Shown one piece after another: positions 55,110 through 63,649 of a stretch of DNA of 64,000 nucleotides. The translations under genes and the position numbers were made by a program. This DNA comes from a virus. Its lineage: Duplodnaviria > Caudoviricetes. The notes under the pieces were generated by a model. The model made no database searches and had not been told where the DNA came from. It worked only from the letters and a program-made list of their open reading frames with translations. The stretch is taken from the IMG/VR virus record IMGVR_UViG_3300026270_000004, positions 1-64,000 of that record, one strand, 5' to 3'. Each line of letters starts with the position of its first letter. Position 1 is the stretch's first letter.

Positions 55110-55523
55110 TTATGCCTTTTCTAGTAGAAAATCAATATTTTGCACTTGTTGCTGACCAACAATAGTGTAATCTATCGAAATGTGGACTGAATTTATATTG
55201 GATTCATCACGAAGTCCGACTCCAGTGCACCTGACACGTGGCTCTAGTCGTTTAATCACGTTAAATATTTCACTTTTTATGGTATCGACTGCGAATGGAT
55301 CCCATGGTTCAAACAAAAGCATCTTAACTCTTGACCCAATCGAAGGTTGAAAAGGTCTTTCACCGAACATAGTTAAGATGAGGTTACGAACAGACTGCTT
55401 TATAGCATTCTCATTCTTAACCACACCGAAATCTCCAGTATTAGGGTTTGCTTTAAAGGAAATTGCTAAGTCCTTAAACCCTCTACTGACATATTTTTCT
55501 GATCTGAACCTATAAGCAGGCAT
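55110..55523 (-). CDS. gp25: Baseplate wedge subunit gp25
   Basis: FKDL..SF..NP...D....NENAIKQSVRNLILT..GERPFQP.IGS...LFEP...EPRV. Confidence 0.95.
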   Translation of the reverse strand: MPAYRFRSEKYVSRGFKDLAISFKANPNTGDFGVVKNENAIKQSVRNLILTMFGERPFQPSIGSRVKMLLFEPWDPFAVDTIKSEIFNVIKRLEPRVRCTGVGLRDESNINSVHISIDYTIVGQQQVQNIDFLLEKA

Positions 55524-55562
55524 TCTTGTCTACCTTTTCAAGATATTTAGCGTTATATCTTT

Positions 55563-55570
55563 TATTTATA
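55563..55570 (-). promoter_or_regulatory. Perfect T4 late promoter TATAAATA upstream of gp25 (second site CTAAATA at 55544-55550)
   Basis: tatttata on the + strand in the intergenic region. Confidence 0.75.
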
Positions 55571-55581
55571 GGGTTTCCCGA

Positions 55582-55719
55582 CTATTTTCCTTGACCCCTA
55601 TATCTCTTCTTTGCAACATTACGTGAAGTTGCACTTAATTTTGTGTTTTTTGATGCTCCTTGTCTGGTTTTCTTGGGTTGAGGTGAAATATAACCACCTG
55701 TTGTTCCGTAAAGTGCCAT
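55582..55719 (-). CDS. Small basic conserved cyanophage protein (45 aa)
   Basis: MALYGTTGGYISPQPKKTRQGASKNTKLSATSRNVAKKRYRGQGK. The ATG at 55719 avoids overlap with the PAAR gene. Confidence 0.75.
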   Translation of the reverse strand: MALYGTTGGYISPQPKKTRQGASKNTKLSATSRNVAKKRYRGQGK

Positions 55720-55735
55720 TTTATTGAATAAACTA

Positions 55736-56269
55736 CTATGATGATAGCACAGTTGCATGCCCCCAGGCAACCACAGATGAACAAGGGTAACTAAATCCTG
55801 AAAAACCAACACCTAGAGGGTCTAGGATACGAGCAATTGGTAATTTCAAAGCAAATACTGTAACAGTCGTTGCCATAACAATCCTAGTATGTCCTACACC
55901 ACCTCCATCTTCGATTGTAAGGGTGCTACAAGGGATCGGAGTGGGGGTTGGACACATTGCTTTACCACAAGGACACATATAAACAACAATATTAGTACAT
56001 ACCGCTATATGTGGAGTGAAGGTATCTCCCAAAAGCATGATGGGAATACGGTTTACTAGCACAGTTGCCCTATATGGGGTAACAGGGAATATAGGAATTA
56101 GGGGTTGAGGGGGCCACCAACACGTATATTCCTTAATGACTATGCTGTAGGGGATTGGAGGGGTGCCACACGCTTGTACAGAGTGGATAGTGGACGGTAT
56201 ACACAGTCCATGACCACTACAAGGTAGTCCGTTTAGAGATGATACTGGTAATAGTGCTCCAAATGCCAT
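55736..56269 (-). CDS. PAAR-like spike tip protein (gp5.4-like) with Cys-rich insertions
   Basis: CSGHG, TVLVNRIPIM..GD.FTPH, H...TVF...PIARILDP and C.S.VAWGH.TV follow the PAAR pattern. Upstream of gp25 as in T4-like phages. Confidence 0.75.
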   Translation of the reverse strand: MAFGALLPVSSLNGLPCSGHGLCIPSTIHSVQACGTPPIPYSIVIKEYTCWWPPQPLIPIFPVTPYRATVLVNRIPIMLLGDTFTPHIAVCTNIVVYMCPCGKAMCPTPTPIPCSTLTIEDGGGVGHTRIVMATTVTVFALKLPIARILDPLGVGFSGFSYPCSSVVAWGHATVLSS

Positions 56270-59200
56270 TATAACCTCTTAGGGAAAATTATATCGTTAA
56301 GTCCTTCACCATCCTTCCATGCATCCTCTTCATTACATTCATCGAAGAATGGGTTACCATAATTCCTCAGTGCTCTTCCTAGTGCTATAACTCCACCAGA
56401 GAGATAATTCCTAACTGCCATGATACCATTATAAGATCCCATATTCATTCTGGCATTTGCACCAGAACCAGTTATACGTTGAGGATTAATAGCAATAGAA
56501 GCATCCATACATTTATCTAGTGCTAGACAGGGGTTGTTATGTAATGCAGTAACATCACAATATGTCGTACCTGATTGACCATTACCATTAGCATCATATG
56601 CACTATACACAGTGAGAGGTCCATCAGATGCATTCACGCCCCGCACATATGTATCCCAACATTCATTGGGTGGTACACCGTTGGTACAACTTGCCACGGT
56701 TAACGCAGTATAATCCACCGCATGCGGTGTACCTGCTGGATCCCCAGCAGTAGGATGCCCTAACCATGTCTGCACTGCTGCACTACTACTGATATTCTGA
56801 CCTGCCCACATCTGTAACTGTTCCAGCTCTGTAAAGTTGGATCTATTGTAGTCGTAGGTATTCTCATCTAACCCGACGGGAACAAAGACCATGTTACCAG
56901 GATCTTGAGGATCTCTGTAACACCTACCATCTATACTACTCCTCTTACATTTCCAAGTCTTCTCACCAGCATTAGTAGTTATAGGTCTCTTCTCCATTAA
57001 GTAGGGAGTTGGCATATTCTTAAGGAAGTCCATAAATGCTGGTCCCTGACTACCACCAACATATCCCTCTATCTCCATAGACACACGGAATGTTGCTTCC
57101 TTCTCCTTAGAAGCACAATACTTATAGGGTAACCATCCGAATGCTTTACGCTCCCCTTCCTCGTTAGTGTCTAAGTATGCACAAGGCATATCAAACCACC
57201 GTGTAATATTATACAGTTTTGGTTGTATCATCTCTATACACTGCTTCTTACCAAAAGGACCATATAGGTGCGACATGTCAGAAGCAAGGGTATCTGCTGC
57301 AGCTACACCCTCTATTGCGTACCCTAGTGCACCATCTTGGAATTCAGTTACACCAGCATCATTAGCAGTAACGTATTCTAAATTCTCAGCATCTGGCATA
57401 CCTGCACTCATGTTAGCATTACCGTTGATCTCAGCACACTCTGCTGGTAGATTAAAGCAGAGTTTAGTTATATCATCATCTATACCATCACCTGCTGCCC
57501 TTATGTAACTATCTGGGACTGTTACAGAAACCTGAGTAGCATTGTTAGAAGGCATGTCAGATGAGTGCTTCATAGACTCCTTGACTATATCCCTAGTCAT
57601 AGGATCCATACTAGAGGACAGAGGTTGCAGAGCGTAGTCATCTAGAGTTGCTTCATCTCTTACACCATACACTACATCCTTCTTCTCAAAGGTGTGATCC
57701 CATGCCTTATCCATCTGCATTGCGGTTTCTTCCATCTCCTTACCGCCAGCTTGGAAGTTACCGTCCTTATCACGCACACCCTCATACTCTATTATCTCAG
57801 GATCTACTACATGCACTATCACAGTATTTGCCTGACTGTAACCCGCACCAGGATCTACGATACGCACTGCTCTGATAATACCCTGATCATCTAACTGCGA
57901 TATCTCCACCTCTGCTCTCTTCAGTCTGTATACATCCTTATTCTTATCCTCTGCATCTACTGCCTCTACGGAGGACTGCCACACTCTTGTATGTGACTTC
58001 ATGTCCTGTGTAGATAAAGACTGGTCTTCCTTATCGGGGTCTGCCATTGCTTTCTCCGCATCAGGATCCATTCCTAACTTATCTGCCATGAAGTCTGCAC
58101 TATCATTAGGGGAGAAGTCATCCAATCCTTGCGGATCCATCACCTGTATAGTCGGGTTTACGTACCCTCTACCACCGTTGATGATGATAATATCCTTAAT
58201 CTCTCCGTCATCTCCTACGACTGCCTCTATCTTTGCCTCATCCATAGTGCGTCGTGGTATGAGTGCTTTAGGATCTATCTCTACTTTCCAGTAAGATATC
58301 TTTTTAGGGAATTCATATGTCCCGCAGAATGCGGATTTATTAGGTATTCCGTAACCAGCAAGCACTTCTACCTGACCACCATCCGAGGAAGTGAAGTTTT
58401 GTTGATAAGAAAAGGTATTTTTCGTTGCACTAGACGGATTATCCCACGTCAATTCCATTATTCCACACTTAAGCTCATCACCAAAGTAATAAACAGACAC
58501 TATATCCCAACCGTTAATCTTCTCACCCGCACCATAGTCACCAGTCCTTGTGAGATAACGGAAGAATATAATAGGAGTATCCGTATCTATAGTCCAGAAT
58601 GATTCCTCTACACCAACACTACTAGCATCATGAATGGATAGATTAGTCTTAGTGGTAGTCCATACATCTGAATTGATCTCATAGAAGTGACTGTGGTAAG
58701 TCCATACAGGAGCACAGTGAGGACATCCTTCAGGGTCAGTAGTATTAGGACAACACTGAGCATTACTCAGGATATACTGTGAGGAGAATATAGGACCATT
58801 CCAAGGGAATGTAGTATCATACAGATAGAATACAAACTGAGAGTCATACATGTCCTCGAATCCAAGGAAGCGAGGTACAGCACCCTTTACAGCACCACTC
58901 AGACCATATGACCACTCGAATAGTGCTTCGTTATCTTCTATGTCTACGTTACCAGGCCATCCCCAACCATTAACATTAGGTGGACCTTCTACATTAGCAC
59001 CACTAGAGTCACGCATCTGACGATACATGAATTCAGACCATCCACCACCACTTTCATCATAGTCTAATTGGTCTCCATGAGAGTAGTCATACCAACCACT
59101 CTTGTTAATAGTCTGTCCAGTAGGTCCAATCTTACCAATATCAAGGATGAGATCAGTTGGACTATCCAAAGCACGATTCTTAAATCCCCATCCTATGATA

Positions 59201-59961
59201 CCCAAGTATTGATACTGCTTTCCAAATGCTTCTGCTGGTGGAATAGGACTATTATCTGCTAGGTTTACTTCTTGAGAAGGATCTATACAATAGAAATGAT
59301 CAGGGTCTGGATGCAAATACTCATAGATGGGTGCTGGAGTCTCACCAGCAGAGCAATATGCCTGTGCATCTGCCTCTGTAGCAAAGACATACCCTAGAGT
59401 ATCTACTTCCTTATATAAGTTTCTACCACAACCTACCCCATTTAATCCTGTAGGGACGTTTGTACCAGCACAGAGTTGTGTATCATCGGGCCAATACGAA
59501 TAAAATGCTTTAAGGGGTATACTATTAGGTACCTGTGCGATCATTATGTAGAAGACAGGTTTACCACTTCTAGGCTCTGGGTTATATCCTTTTGCTGCTC
59601 TACTCCATGATTCATTCTCACAACCGAAGTCTCTCCTCATTAACTGAGGATCACGACTATACTTGTGATCATCCTTTGCTGCTCTATAAAACCTGTATAT
59701 ACCTACTCTTTCGTTTCCACTATTATTAACATTAGTTGGCTCTTCATCACCGATATAGTGTACTACGTCCTTTCCCATAGGGAGACTACCAGGACCACCA
59801 TCCTCAAAGGTAATAGCGTACGACATGCCACTACCTACACCTGGATAATCAGATGAAGTTCTATAATTACCGCTACTAGGTCTTTTAAAGTCCTGATTGA
59901 AACCGCCACCCTTTATAGGATTAGGAAAGCTCCTACCAGTTTCCTGAATATAGGCTGGCAT
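56269..59961 (-). CDS. Large Cys/Trp-rich putative virion protein (1230 aa) with DUF5648-like N-terminal repeats
   Basis: IYRFY...DDHKYS and PIYEY...DHFYC...E....YQYLGIIGW repeats, and G.GY..P repeats. Its stop overlaps the PAAR start codon. Confidence 0.65.
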   Translation of the reverse strand: MPAYIQETGRSFPNPIKGGGFNQDFKRPSSGNYRTSSDYPGVGSGMSYAITFEDGGPGSLPMGKDVVHYIGDEEPTNVNNSGNERVGIYRFYRAAKDDHKYSRDPQLMRRDFGCENESWSRAAKGYNPEPRSGKPVFYIMIAQVPNSIPLKAFYSYWPDDTQLCAGTNVPTGLNGVGCGRNLYKEVDTLGYVFATEADAQAYCSAGETPAPIYEYLHPDPDHFYCIDPSQEVNLADNSPIPPAEAFGKQYQYLGIIGWGFKNRALDSPTDLILDIGKIGPTGQTINKSGWYDYSHGDQLDYDESGGGWSEFMYRQMRDSSGANVEGPPNVNGWGWPGNVDIEDNEALFEWSYGLSGAVKGAVPRFLGFEDMYDSQFVFYLYDTTFPWNGPIFSSQYILSNAQCCPNTTDPEGCPHCAPVWTYHSHFYEINSDVWTTTKTNLSIHDASSVGVEESFWTIDTDTPIIFFRYLTRTGDYGAGEKINGWDIVSVYYFGDELKCGIMELTWDNPSSATKNTFSYQQNFTSSDGGQVEVLAGYGIPNKSAFCGTYEFPKKISYWKVEIDPKALIPRRTMDEAKIEAVVGDDGEIKDIIIINGGRGYVNPTIQVMDPQGLDDFSPNDSADFMADKLGMDPDAEKAMADPDKEDQSLSTQDMKSHTRVWQSSVEAVDAEDKNKDVYRLKRAEVEISQLDDQGIIRAVRIVDPGAGYSQANTVIVHVVDPEIIEYEGVRDKDGNFQAGGKEMEETAMQMDKAWDHTFEKKDVVYGVRDEATLDDYALQPLSSSMDPMTRDIVKESMKHSSDMPSNNATQVSVTVPDSYIRAAGDGIDDDITKLCFNLPAECAEINGNANMSAGMPDAENLEYVTANDAGVTEFQDGALGYAIEGVAAADTLASDMSHLYGPFGKKQCIEMIQPKLYNITRWFDMPCAYLDTNEEGERKAFGWLPYKYCASKEKEATFRVSMEIEGYVGGSQGPAFMDFLKNMPTPYLMEKRPITTNAGEKTWKCKRSSIDGRCYRDPQDPGNMVFVPVGLDENTYDYNRSNFTELEQLQMWAGQNISSSAAVQTWLGHPTAGDPAGTPHAVDYTALTVASCTNGVPPNECWDTYVRGVNASDGPLTVYSAYDANGNGQSGTTYCDVTALHNNPCLALDKCMDASIAINPQRITGSGANARMNMGSYNGIMAVRNYLSGGVIALGRALRNYGNPFFDECNEEDAWKDGEGLNDIIFPKRL

Positions 59962-60230
59962 TACTCACTTAATTTTTCTTCTATCTTATTTAGTCTATTC
60001 TCTAGATGGTTGACACTAGCAAACAAAGTATCCATTAACTCCTTCATATTCAAGTAGGTTGGACTACCTGGAGGTTTATACTTCATCATATCAGCACCTG
60101 GGGGAGGGATTTTTTGTAATCCCCCTTCTACATGCTCTAATCTTTTGGTAAGGTTAGTAATTGCCTCGCTAATTTTTTGAAATGTCCAAGCAAAGAATTC
60201 CTCATCACTATTAAACTTTGGAGTTTCCAC
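59961..60230 (-). CDS. Hypothetical coiled-coil protein
   Basis: 89 aa, GTG start, YKPPGS..YLNMKELMD.LF..VNHLE.RL. Its stop overlaps the next gene's ATG. Confidence 0.7.
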   Translation of the reverse strand: METPKFNSDEEFFAWTFQKISEAITNLTKRLEHVEGGLQKIPPPGADMMKYKPPGSPTYLNMKELMDTLFASVNHLENRLNKIEEKLSE

Positions 60231-60321
60231 GACGATTTTTTCGGATTTTTTTAACGCTAATTTTTTATGAGTGAGATAATGTTACAAATAACAAGTATCG
60301 TCAAACATATCTGATTATACC

Positions 60322-60483
60322 TCATTCCTCTACCTTATGCAAGATGACACTACCGTCGGTCTCTTCTTCATACTCAAGGACTGTGCCAATATCCCATCCA
60401 CATTCTCTCATGACATCATCAGGGATGTGTATATAATTCTCCCCATAGTCATCTTCCTCTATTCTTAATACGAATCGTTTCAT
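60322..60483 (-). CDS. AbrB/MazE-like swapped-hairpin small protein
   Basis: MKRFVLRIEEDDYGENYIHIPDDVMRECGWDIGTVLEYEEETDGSVILHK fits the I.IP..V....GW..G..L pattern. ATG at 60483 preferred. Confidence 0.65.
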   Translation of the reverse strand: MKRFVLRIEEDDYGENYIHIPDDVMRECGWDIGTVLEYEEETDGSVILHKVEE

Positions 60484-60508
60484 GTCATATGTAACTTGTA
60501 TATCTGCT

Positions 60509-61069
60509 TTATGTAGCATTTTCCCTCACTATACCTACACAGACTTTTCTGTAATGCTCATCTAGTCTCACAATCTCCGAGTCTTGCTTCCATAACTGGT
60601 GAAGCATCCACCCATCACCTAGGTAAATCGCTCCATGATTGGGAGACCTTCCAGTCTTATCTGCATACCCACCACCGAGTGCTTCTGTGTATATCTTAAA
60701 CAAGAGTAGGTCGCTCTTCTGTAAGATAGACATATCCCAGTCTTCACCCCACTCTGGTTTACTTATCCAAAGACCATCTTCCTCTGCGACTGCTTCATCG
60801 GTGAATGATGTATATAACCCTCCAAAGTCCTTCAGAGACCTTCCAAGGCGACTCTGGACGTATTGCTGTATGATTCTATAGCAACCTGGATATCTTCTAC
60901 CAACCCAAGGGAGACCTATGAGGTCTTTGTATTCTTCTTCTAATTTCTCTTGGGCGATCTCCGAGGGACTCTGATTAAACTCTGACACTGAAAAACCTAT
61001 GGGGGAATTTTTTATATTGGGAAATTTTTTTATATTGCTCTCGATCCTATACTTTTGTAGGTTACACAA
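60509..61069 (-). CDS. NlpC/P60-family cysteine peptidase (lambda tail assembly K C-terminal-like); true start probably the GTG at about 60988
   Basis: LIGLPW....PGCY, DLLLF and PNHGAIYLGDGWMLHQ give a Cys-His-His catalytic pattern. Confidence 0.75.
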   Translation of the reverse strand: MCNLQKYRIESNIKKFPNIKNSPIGFSVSEFNQSPSEIAQEKLEEEYKDLIGLPWVGRRYPGCYRIIQQYVQSRLGRSLKDFGGLYTSFTDEAVAEEDGLWISKPEWGEDWDMSILQKSDLLLFKIYTEALGGGYADKTGRSPNHGAIYLGDGWMLHQLWKQDSEIVRLDEHYRKVCVGIVRENAT

Positions 61070-61129
61070 ACTCGAAAACTTTATAAGTGTTTATATAATA
61101 TTTTGTACATGCATATATGCATATGCTCA

Positions 61130-61303
61130 TTAACACATAGTGGGTATACAGTTAGTGTTAATTAGTGTGTGTACTTACCTGGTGCTAATTGTTAATTAGT
61201 CCACACACAGTTCTTATTAATTAGTGGTGTTAGTAGTTTGTGTTAATTAGTGGGGTGTTTTATCCCCTTATGTGTTAAGAACTGTGTGTGGACTATGTGT
61301 TAA
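61130..61303. repeat. Non-coding palindromic element: 20-bp perfect inverted repeat, 12-bp outer inverted repeat and four TTAATTAGT copies
   Basis: tagtccacacacagttctta (61197-61216) pairs with taagaactgtgtgtggacta (61276-61295). ttaacacatagt (61130-61141) pairs with actatgtgttaa (61292-61303). Confidence 0.88.
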
Positions 61304-61473
61304 CTATCGCTGCTAAATTGCGTTGCATCAAGTAATGCTAACTTCTCAGATTTGAATGGTCCGTTCTTACTATTACCAGGATAATCGTATGCCCAATAGT
61401 ACTTTTTACGTGCTTCCCATAGTTTAACATTAACAGGGGGATTTGTTTGAATTGTTGTTACTTTAGTGGACAT
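61300..61473 (-). CDS. Small hypothetical protein (57 aa)
   Basis: MSTKVTTIQTNPPVNVKLWEARKKYYWAYDYPGNSKNGPFKSEKLALLDA..., with a GPF.S...A motif common in small phage proteins. Confidence 0.65.
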   Translation of the reverse strand: MSTKVTTIQTNPPVNVKLWEARKKYYWAYDYPGNSKNGPFKSEKLALLDATQFSSDS

Positions 61474-61509
61474 AATAAGGGGATGATTGTTGTTAGCGGG
61501 GAGGGGCAA

Positions 61510-61662
61510 TTAAGGGCGGAATTGTTTATACTTTTCCACATACTCTGTGGAATTCTTTACATCTTCTCGCTTGTACTTTGGTTTGGATTGTTTACTCTTT
61601 GGACGCTCACTTTTCGCCTTATGTGATGAATAAGGGTCATTGCGTTTGTATGTCCTACCCAT
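61510..61662 (-). CDS. Small basic protein (50 aa) missed by the ORF track
   Basis: MGRTYKRNDPYSSHKAKSERPKSKQSKPKYKREDVKNSTEYVEKYKQFRP, directly downstream of a perfect sigma70 promoter. Confidence 0.7.
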   Translation of the reverse strand: MGRTYKRNDPYSSHKAKSERPKSKQSKPKYKREDVKNSTEYVEKYKQFRP

Positions 61663-61684
61663 TGGTAATTGTGCTTACATTGTT

Positions 61685-61713
61685 ATTATATAGCAAGATC
61701 AAAGTGGTGTCAA
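61685..61713 (-). promoter_or_regulatory. Perfect sigma70 consensus early promoter
   Basis: Minus-strand TTGACA (61713-61708), 17-nt spacer, TATAAT (61690-61685). Confidence 0.85.
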
Positions 61714-61750
61714 TAGTTTATAGCAGATTGTGGCAATTCTTAGCACATTG

Positions 61751-61779
61751 TTGACAAAAAAATCTCGCTATGTTACGCT
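61751..61779 (+). promoter_or_regulatory. Divergent sigma70-like promoter facing antisense into the early genes
   Basis: TTGACA (61751-61756), 17-nt spacer, TACGCT (61774-61779), preceded by TG as an extended -10. Confidence 0.5.
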
Positions 61780-61862
61780 CTAAGATAACAATTAGTGTGC
61801 CTATTTATGGGGGTTTAAATAACACTAACCTATGTTTAATTAACCATTTAAAATATACACCA

Positions 61863-61895
61863 TTTTCCACAAGTATGTCCGCTAACTGTGGAAAA
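61863..61895. promoter_or_regulatory. Inverted pair of DnaA-box-like 9-mers
   Basis: TTTTCCACA (61863-61871), 15-nt spacer, TGTGGAAAA (61887-61895). Another TTTTCCACA at 61532-61540. Confidence 0.5.
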
Positions 61896-61923
61896 CTCTT
61901 TGTTAATTGTGTTTGTATTGTTA

Positions 61924-62286
61924 TCATCTAATGTATAAGTATCCTCCACTTGAATCACATTTAGAAAGGCAATCTTGGGCATTAATTAACAAATTAAACC
62001 TAGGAATAGGGGCAGGTTTATTCCAACTAGCAGGTTTAAATACATCCCCTGTTATTCTATCAACAAAGCAATGTACACTATTGTCAGTAATAACTTTCCA
62101 ATACTTATTACCCTTCTTATATGATACATTGATAGATAAATCTTCCCATCTTCGTTTATGATCTTCTTTGATACATTCAATGAGTTTATTAACATTTTTC
62201 TCTATTACTTTGGCATCATAAGCAAAGTCTTTTCTTACGTGATGCTCTTTGAATGCTGATACTTTGTCTTGATGATTTTGGGTCAT
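61924..62286 (-). CDS. Conserved phage hypothetical early protein (120 aa)
   Basis: G.KY.KV....SVHCFVD..TG.VFKPASW.KPA...RFNL...GGYLY motif seen in many phage early proteins. Confidence 0.75.
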   Translation of the reverse strand: MTQNHQDKVSAFKEHHVRKDFAYDAKVIEKNVNKLIECIKEDHKRRWEDLSINVSYKKGNKYWKVITDNSVHCFVDRITGDVFKPASWNKPAPIPRFNLLINAQDCLSKCDSSGGYLYIR

Positions 62287-62307
62287 TGTTGTTAATTAGT
62301 GAAAGAA

Positions 62308-62445
62308 TTAATAATCGTTAAGTATATTTACCTTGCGTATTCTTGGGGGATTGTATACACTTTGCTTGGGTGGAGATGTTACTTTCATGTAAATCTTTAG
62401 CAATGTGTTACTATTAACTGTGCAAGTTTGGGGAATTGTTAACAT
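62308..62445 (-). CDS. Small hypothetical protein (45 aa) missed by the ORF track
   Basis: MLTIPQTCTVNSNTLLKIYMKVTSPPKQSVYNPPRIRKVNILNDY fills the gap between neighbouring genes and starts 1 nt after the upstream stop. Confidence 0.55.
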   Translation of the reverse strand: MLTIPQTCTVNSNTLLKIYMKVTSPPKQSVYNPPRIRKVNILNDY

Positions 62446-62446
62446 T

Positions 62447-62686
62447 TTAGGGATTAATTGCGAAGTCATTTAATGATAGTGATCCAGCATGATTAACCTT
62501 ATTAATTATACACGCATGATGAATATTAAGCAATTCAGATAGATTAACTCCCTCTAAATCTGTCCACTCTGATACATAATCAACTTGATCAAAATCACCT
62601 GTATTATCAACACATAAGGGGCATGATTTGAAATCATTGTTATCATCTATCCAGAAAATACGTCCAAAAAAGTTAGATTTAAACAT
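62447..62686 (-). CDS. Hypothetical early protein (79 aa)
   Basis: MFKSNFFGRIFWIDD...SCPL..D.TGDF...DYVSEW. Member of the tightly packed minus-strand cluster. Confidence 0.7.
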   Translation of the reverse strand: MFKSNFFGRIFWIDDNNDFKSCPLCVDNTGDFDQVDYVSEWTDLEGVNLSELLNIHHACIINKVNHAGSLSLNDFAINP

Positions 62687-62700
62687 TGTAATTTGTCCTC

Positions 62701-62931
62701 CTATCTGAAATTTAGTGATTTAATTCCGTCATCAGTTTCTGTTACTTTAGAGACCTGATCAGGGAAATTAACGTTTAACATTTCCTGGTAATGTTTAATT
62801 GTTGATGTATCCATATCTTGAGTAAATCCAAATACAATCATATCAAGAATTCCATCATGTTTGCTTGCTATGTTATACAAATCAGTTTGAAGAGTTGTTA
62901 ACTGTGTGTTGGGAAGATTTTTGTTTAGCAT
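62701..62931 (-). CDS. Hypothetical early protein (76 aa)
   Basis: ORF preceded by the CTAATTAAC leader shared with neighbouring genes. Confidence 0.6.
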   Translation of the reverse strand: MLNKNLPNTQLTTLQTDLYNIASKHDGILDMIVFGFTQDMDTSTIKHYQEMLNVNFPDQVSKVTETDDGIKSLNFR

Positions 62932-62968
62932 GTTAATTAGGATTGAAGAATAAGTGGACTAAATGTAA

Positions 62969-63223
62969 TTAATTAAGGACAAAATCGAAGTCCTGTATTA
63001 AAATATCTCTTACTCTCTCTCTGTCTAGACTGTCACCACCGCCCCATGTATAAAAAGATCCTGCGGATGCGGTTTGCAATTTAGCATTATAAACCTTAAT
63101 TGCCTGATAGATTTCATTTTTAGTGACCATTCTATTATCTTTAACTAGTGGATAAAGGACATCTTTAGGGCATCCATAGAATGAGAAGATGTAATCAATG
63201 AAATCTTTAAGGACTGGATTCAT
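62969..63223 (-). CDS. Hypothetical early protein (84 aa)
   Basis: FIDYIFSFYG...LYP and WGGGDSLDRERVRDIL motifs typical of small cyanophage proteins. Confidence 0.7.
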   Translation of the reverse strand: MNPVLKDFIDYIFSFYGCPKDVLYPLVKDNRMVTKNEIYQAIKVYNAKLQTASAGSFYTWGGGDSLDRERVRDILIQDFDFVLN

Positions 63224-63262
63224 AATAGTTTAATTGCTTTGTTATATTAATATTATAATGGA

Positions 63263-63649
63263 TTAATACCTATCTGGTATGCGTGAGTAGTCACTAATAC
63301 TAGTGTCACACAAGCGGTTGACAATTTCATCTTCATTCCTATATGCTTCTAGTTTGTCTTTAATTACTTGATATTCATGACAATATTCACGATCTAATCT
63401 ATCATCAATTAGATCTATAATTGTATCCCATTCATTATCATTTAGTCTAGGCAATTTGTTTGTATTGTTAACAACTACCTTTGCATCTAATTCACTATTA
63501 GTTGCGTTACTTCTAGCATTTTGATGATAGATAGGACGAGGTTTTAACTGTGCCACGTTGTTAGTCTCCTGTTGATAATTGTTTGTTAATGTAATGTGAT
63601 CTGGTGTAATTATGACTTCCATACTATTACTTAGCACACCCATCTTCAT
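63263..63649 (-). CDS. Hypothetical early protein (up to 128 aa; start uncertain)
   Basis: Open frame within the cluster. The ATG at MEVII may be the real start. Confidence 0.6.
   Translation of the reverse strand: MKMGVLSNSMEVIITPDHITLTNNYQQETNNVAQLKPRPIYHQNARSNATNSELDAKVVVNNTNKLPRLNDNEWDTIIDLIDDRLDREYCHEYQVIKDKLEAYRNEDEIVNRLCDTSISDYSRIPDRY

Noticed and set aside
2072-59856. Numerous 60-190 aa plus-strand ORFs and alternative-frame minus-strand ORFs in the track
   Set aside because: They are shadows of long Thr/Gly/Val-rich minus-strand genes, with no recognisable motifs or translation signals.
60989-61069. N-terminal extension of the NlpC/P60 ORF
   Set aside because: It runs through a tandem T-rich repeat that looks non-coding. 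A GTG start near 60988 is more plausible.
61130-61303. CRISPR mini-array or tRNA in the repeat-rich non-coding region
   Set aside because: Repeats are about 9-10 nt with irregular spacing, and no cloverleaf or T-loop consensus is present.
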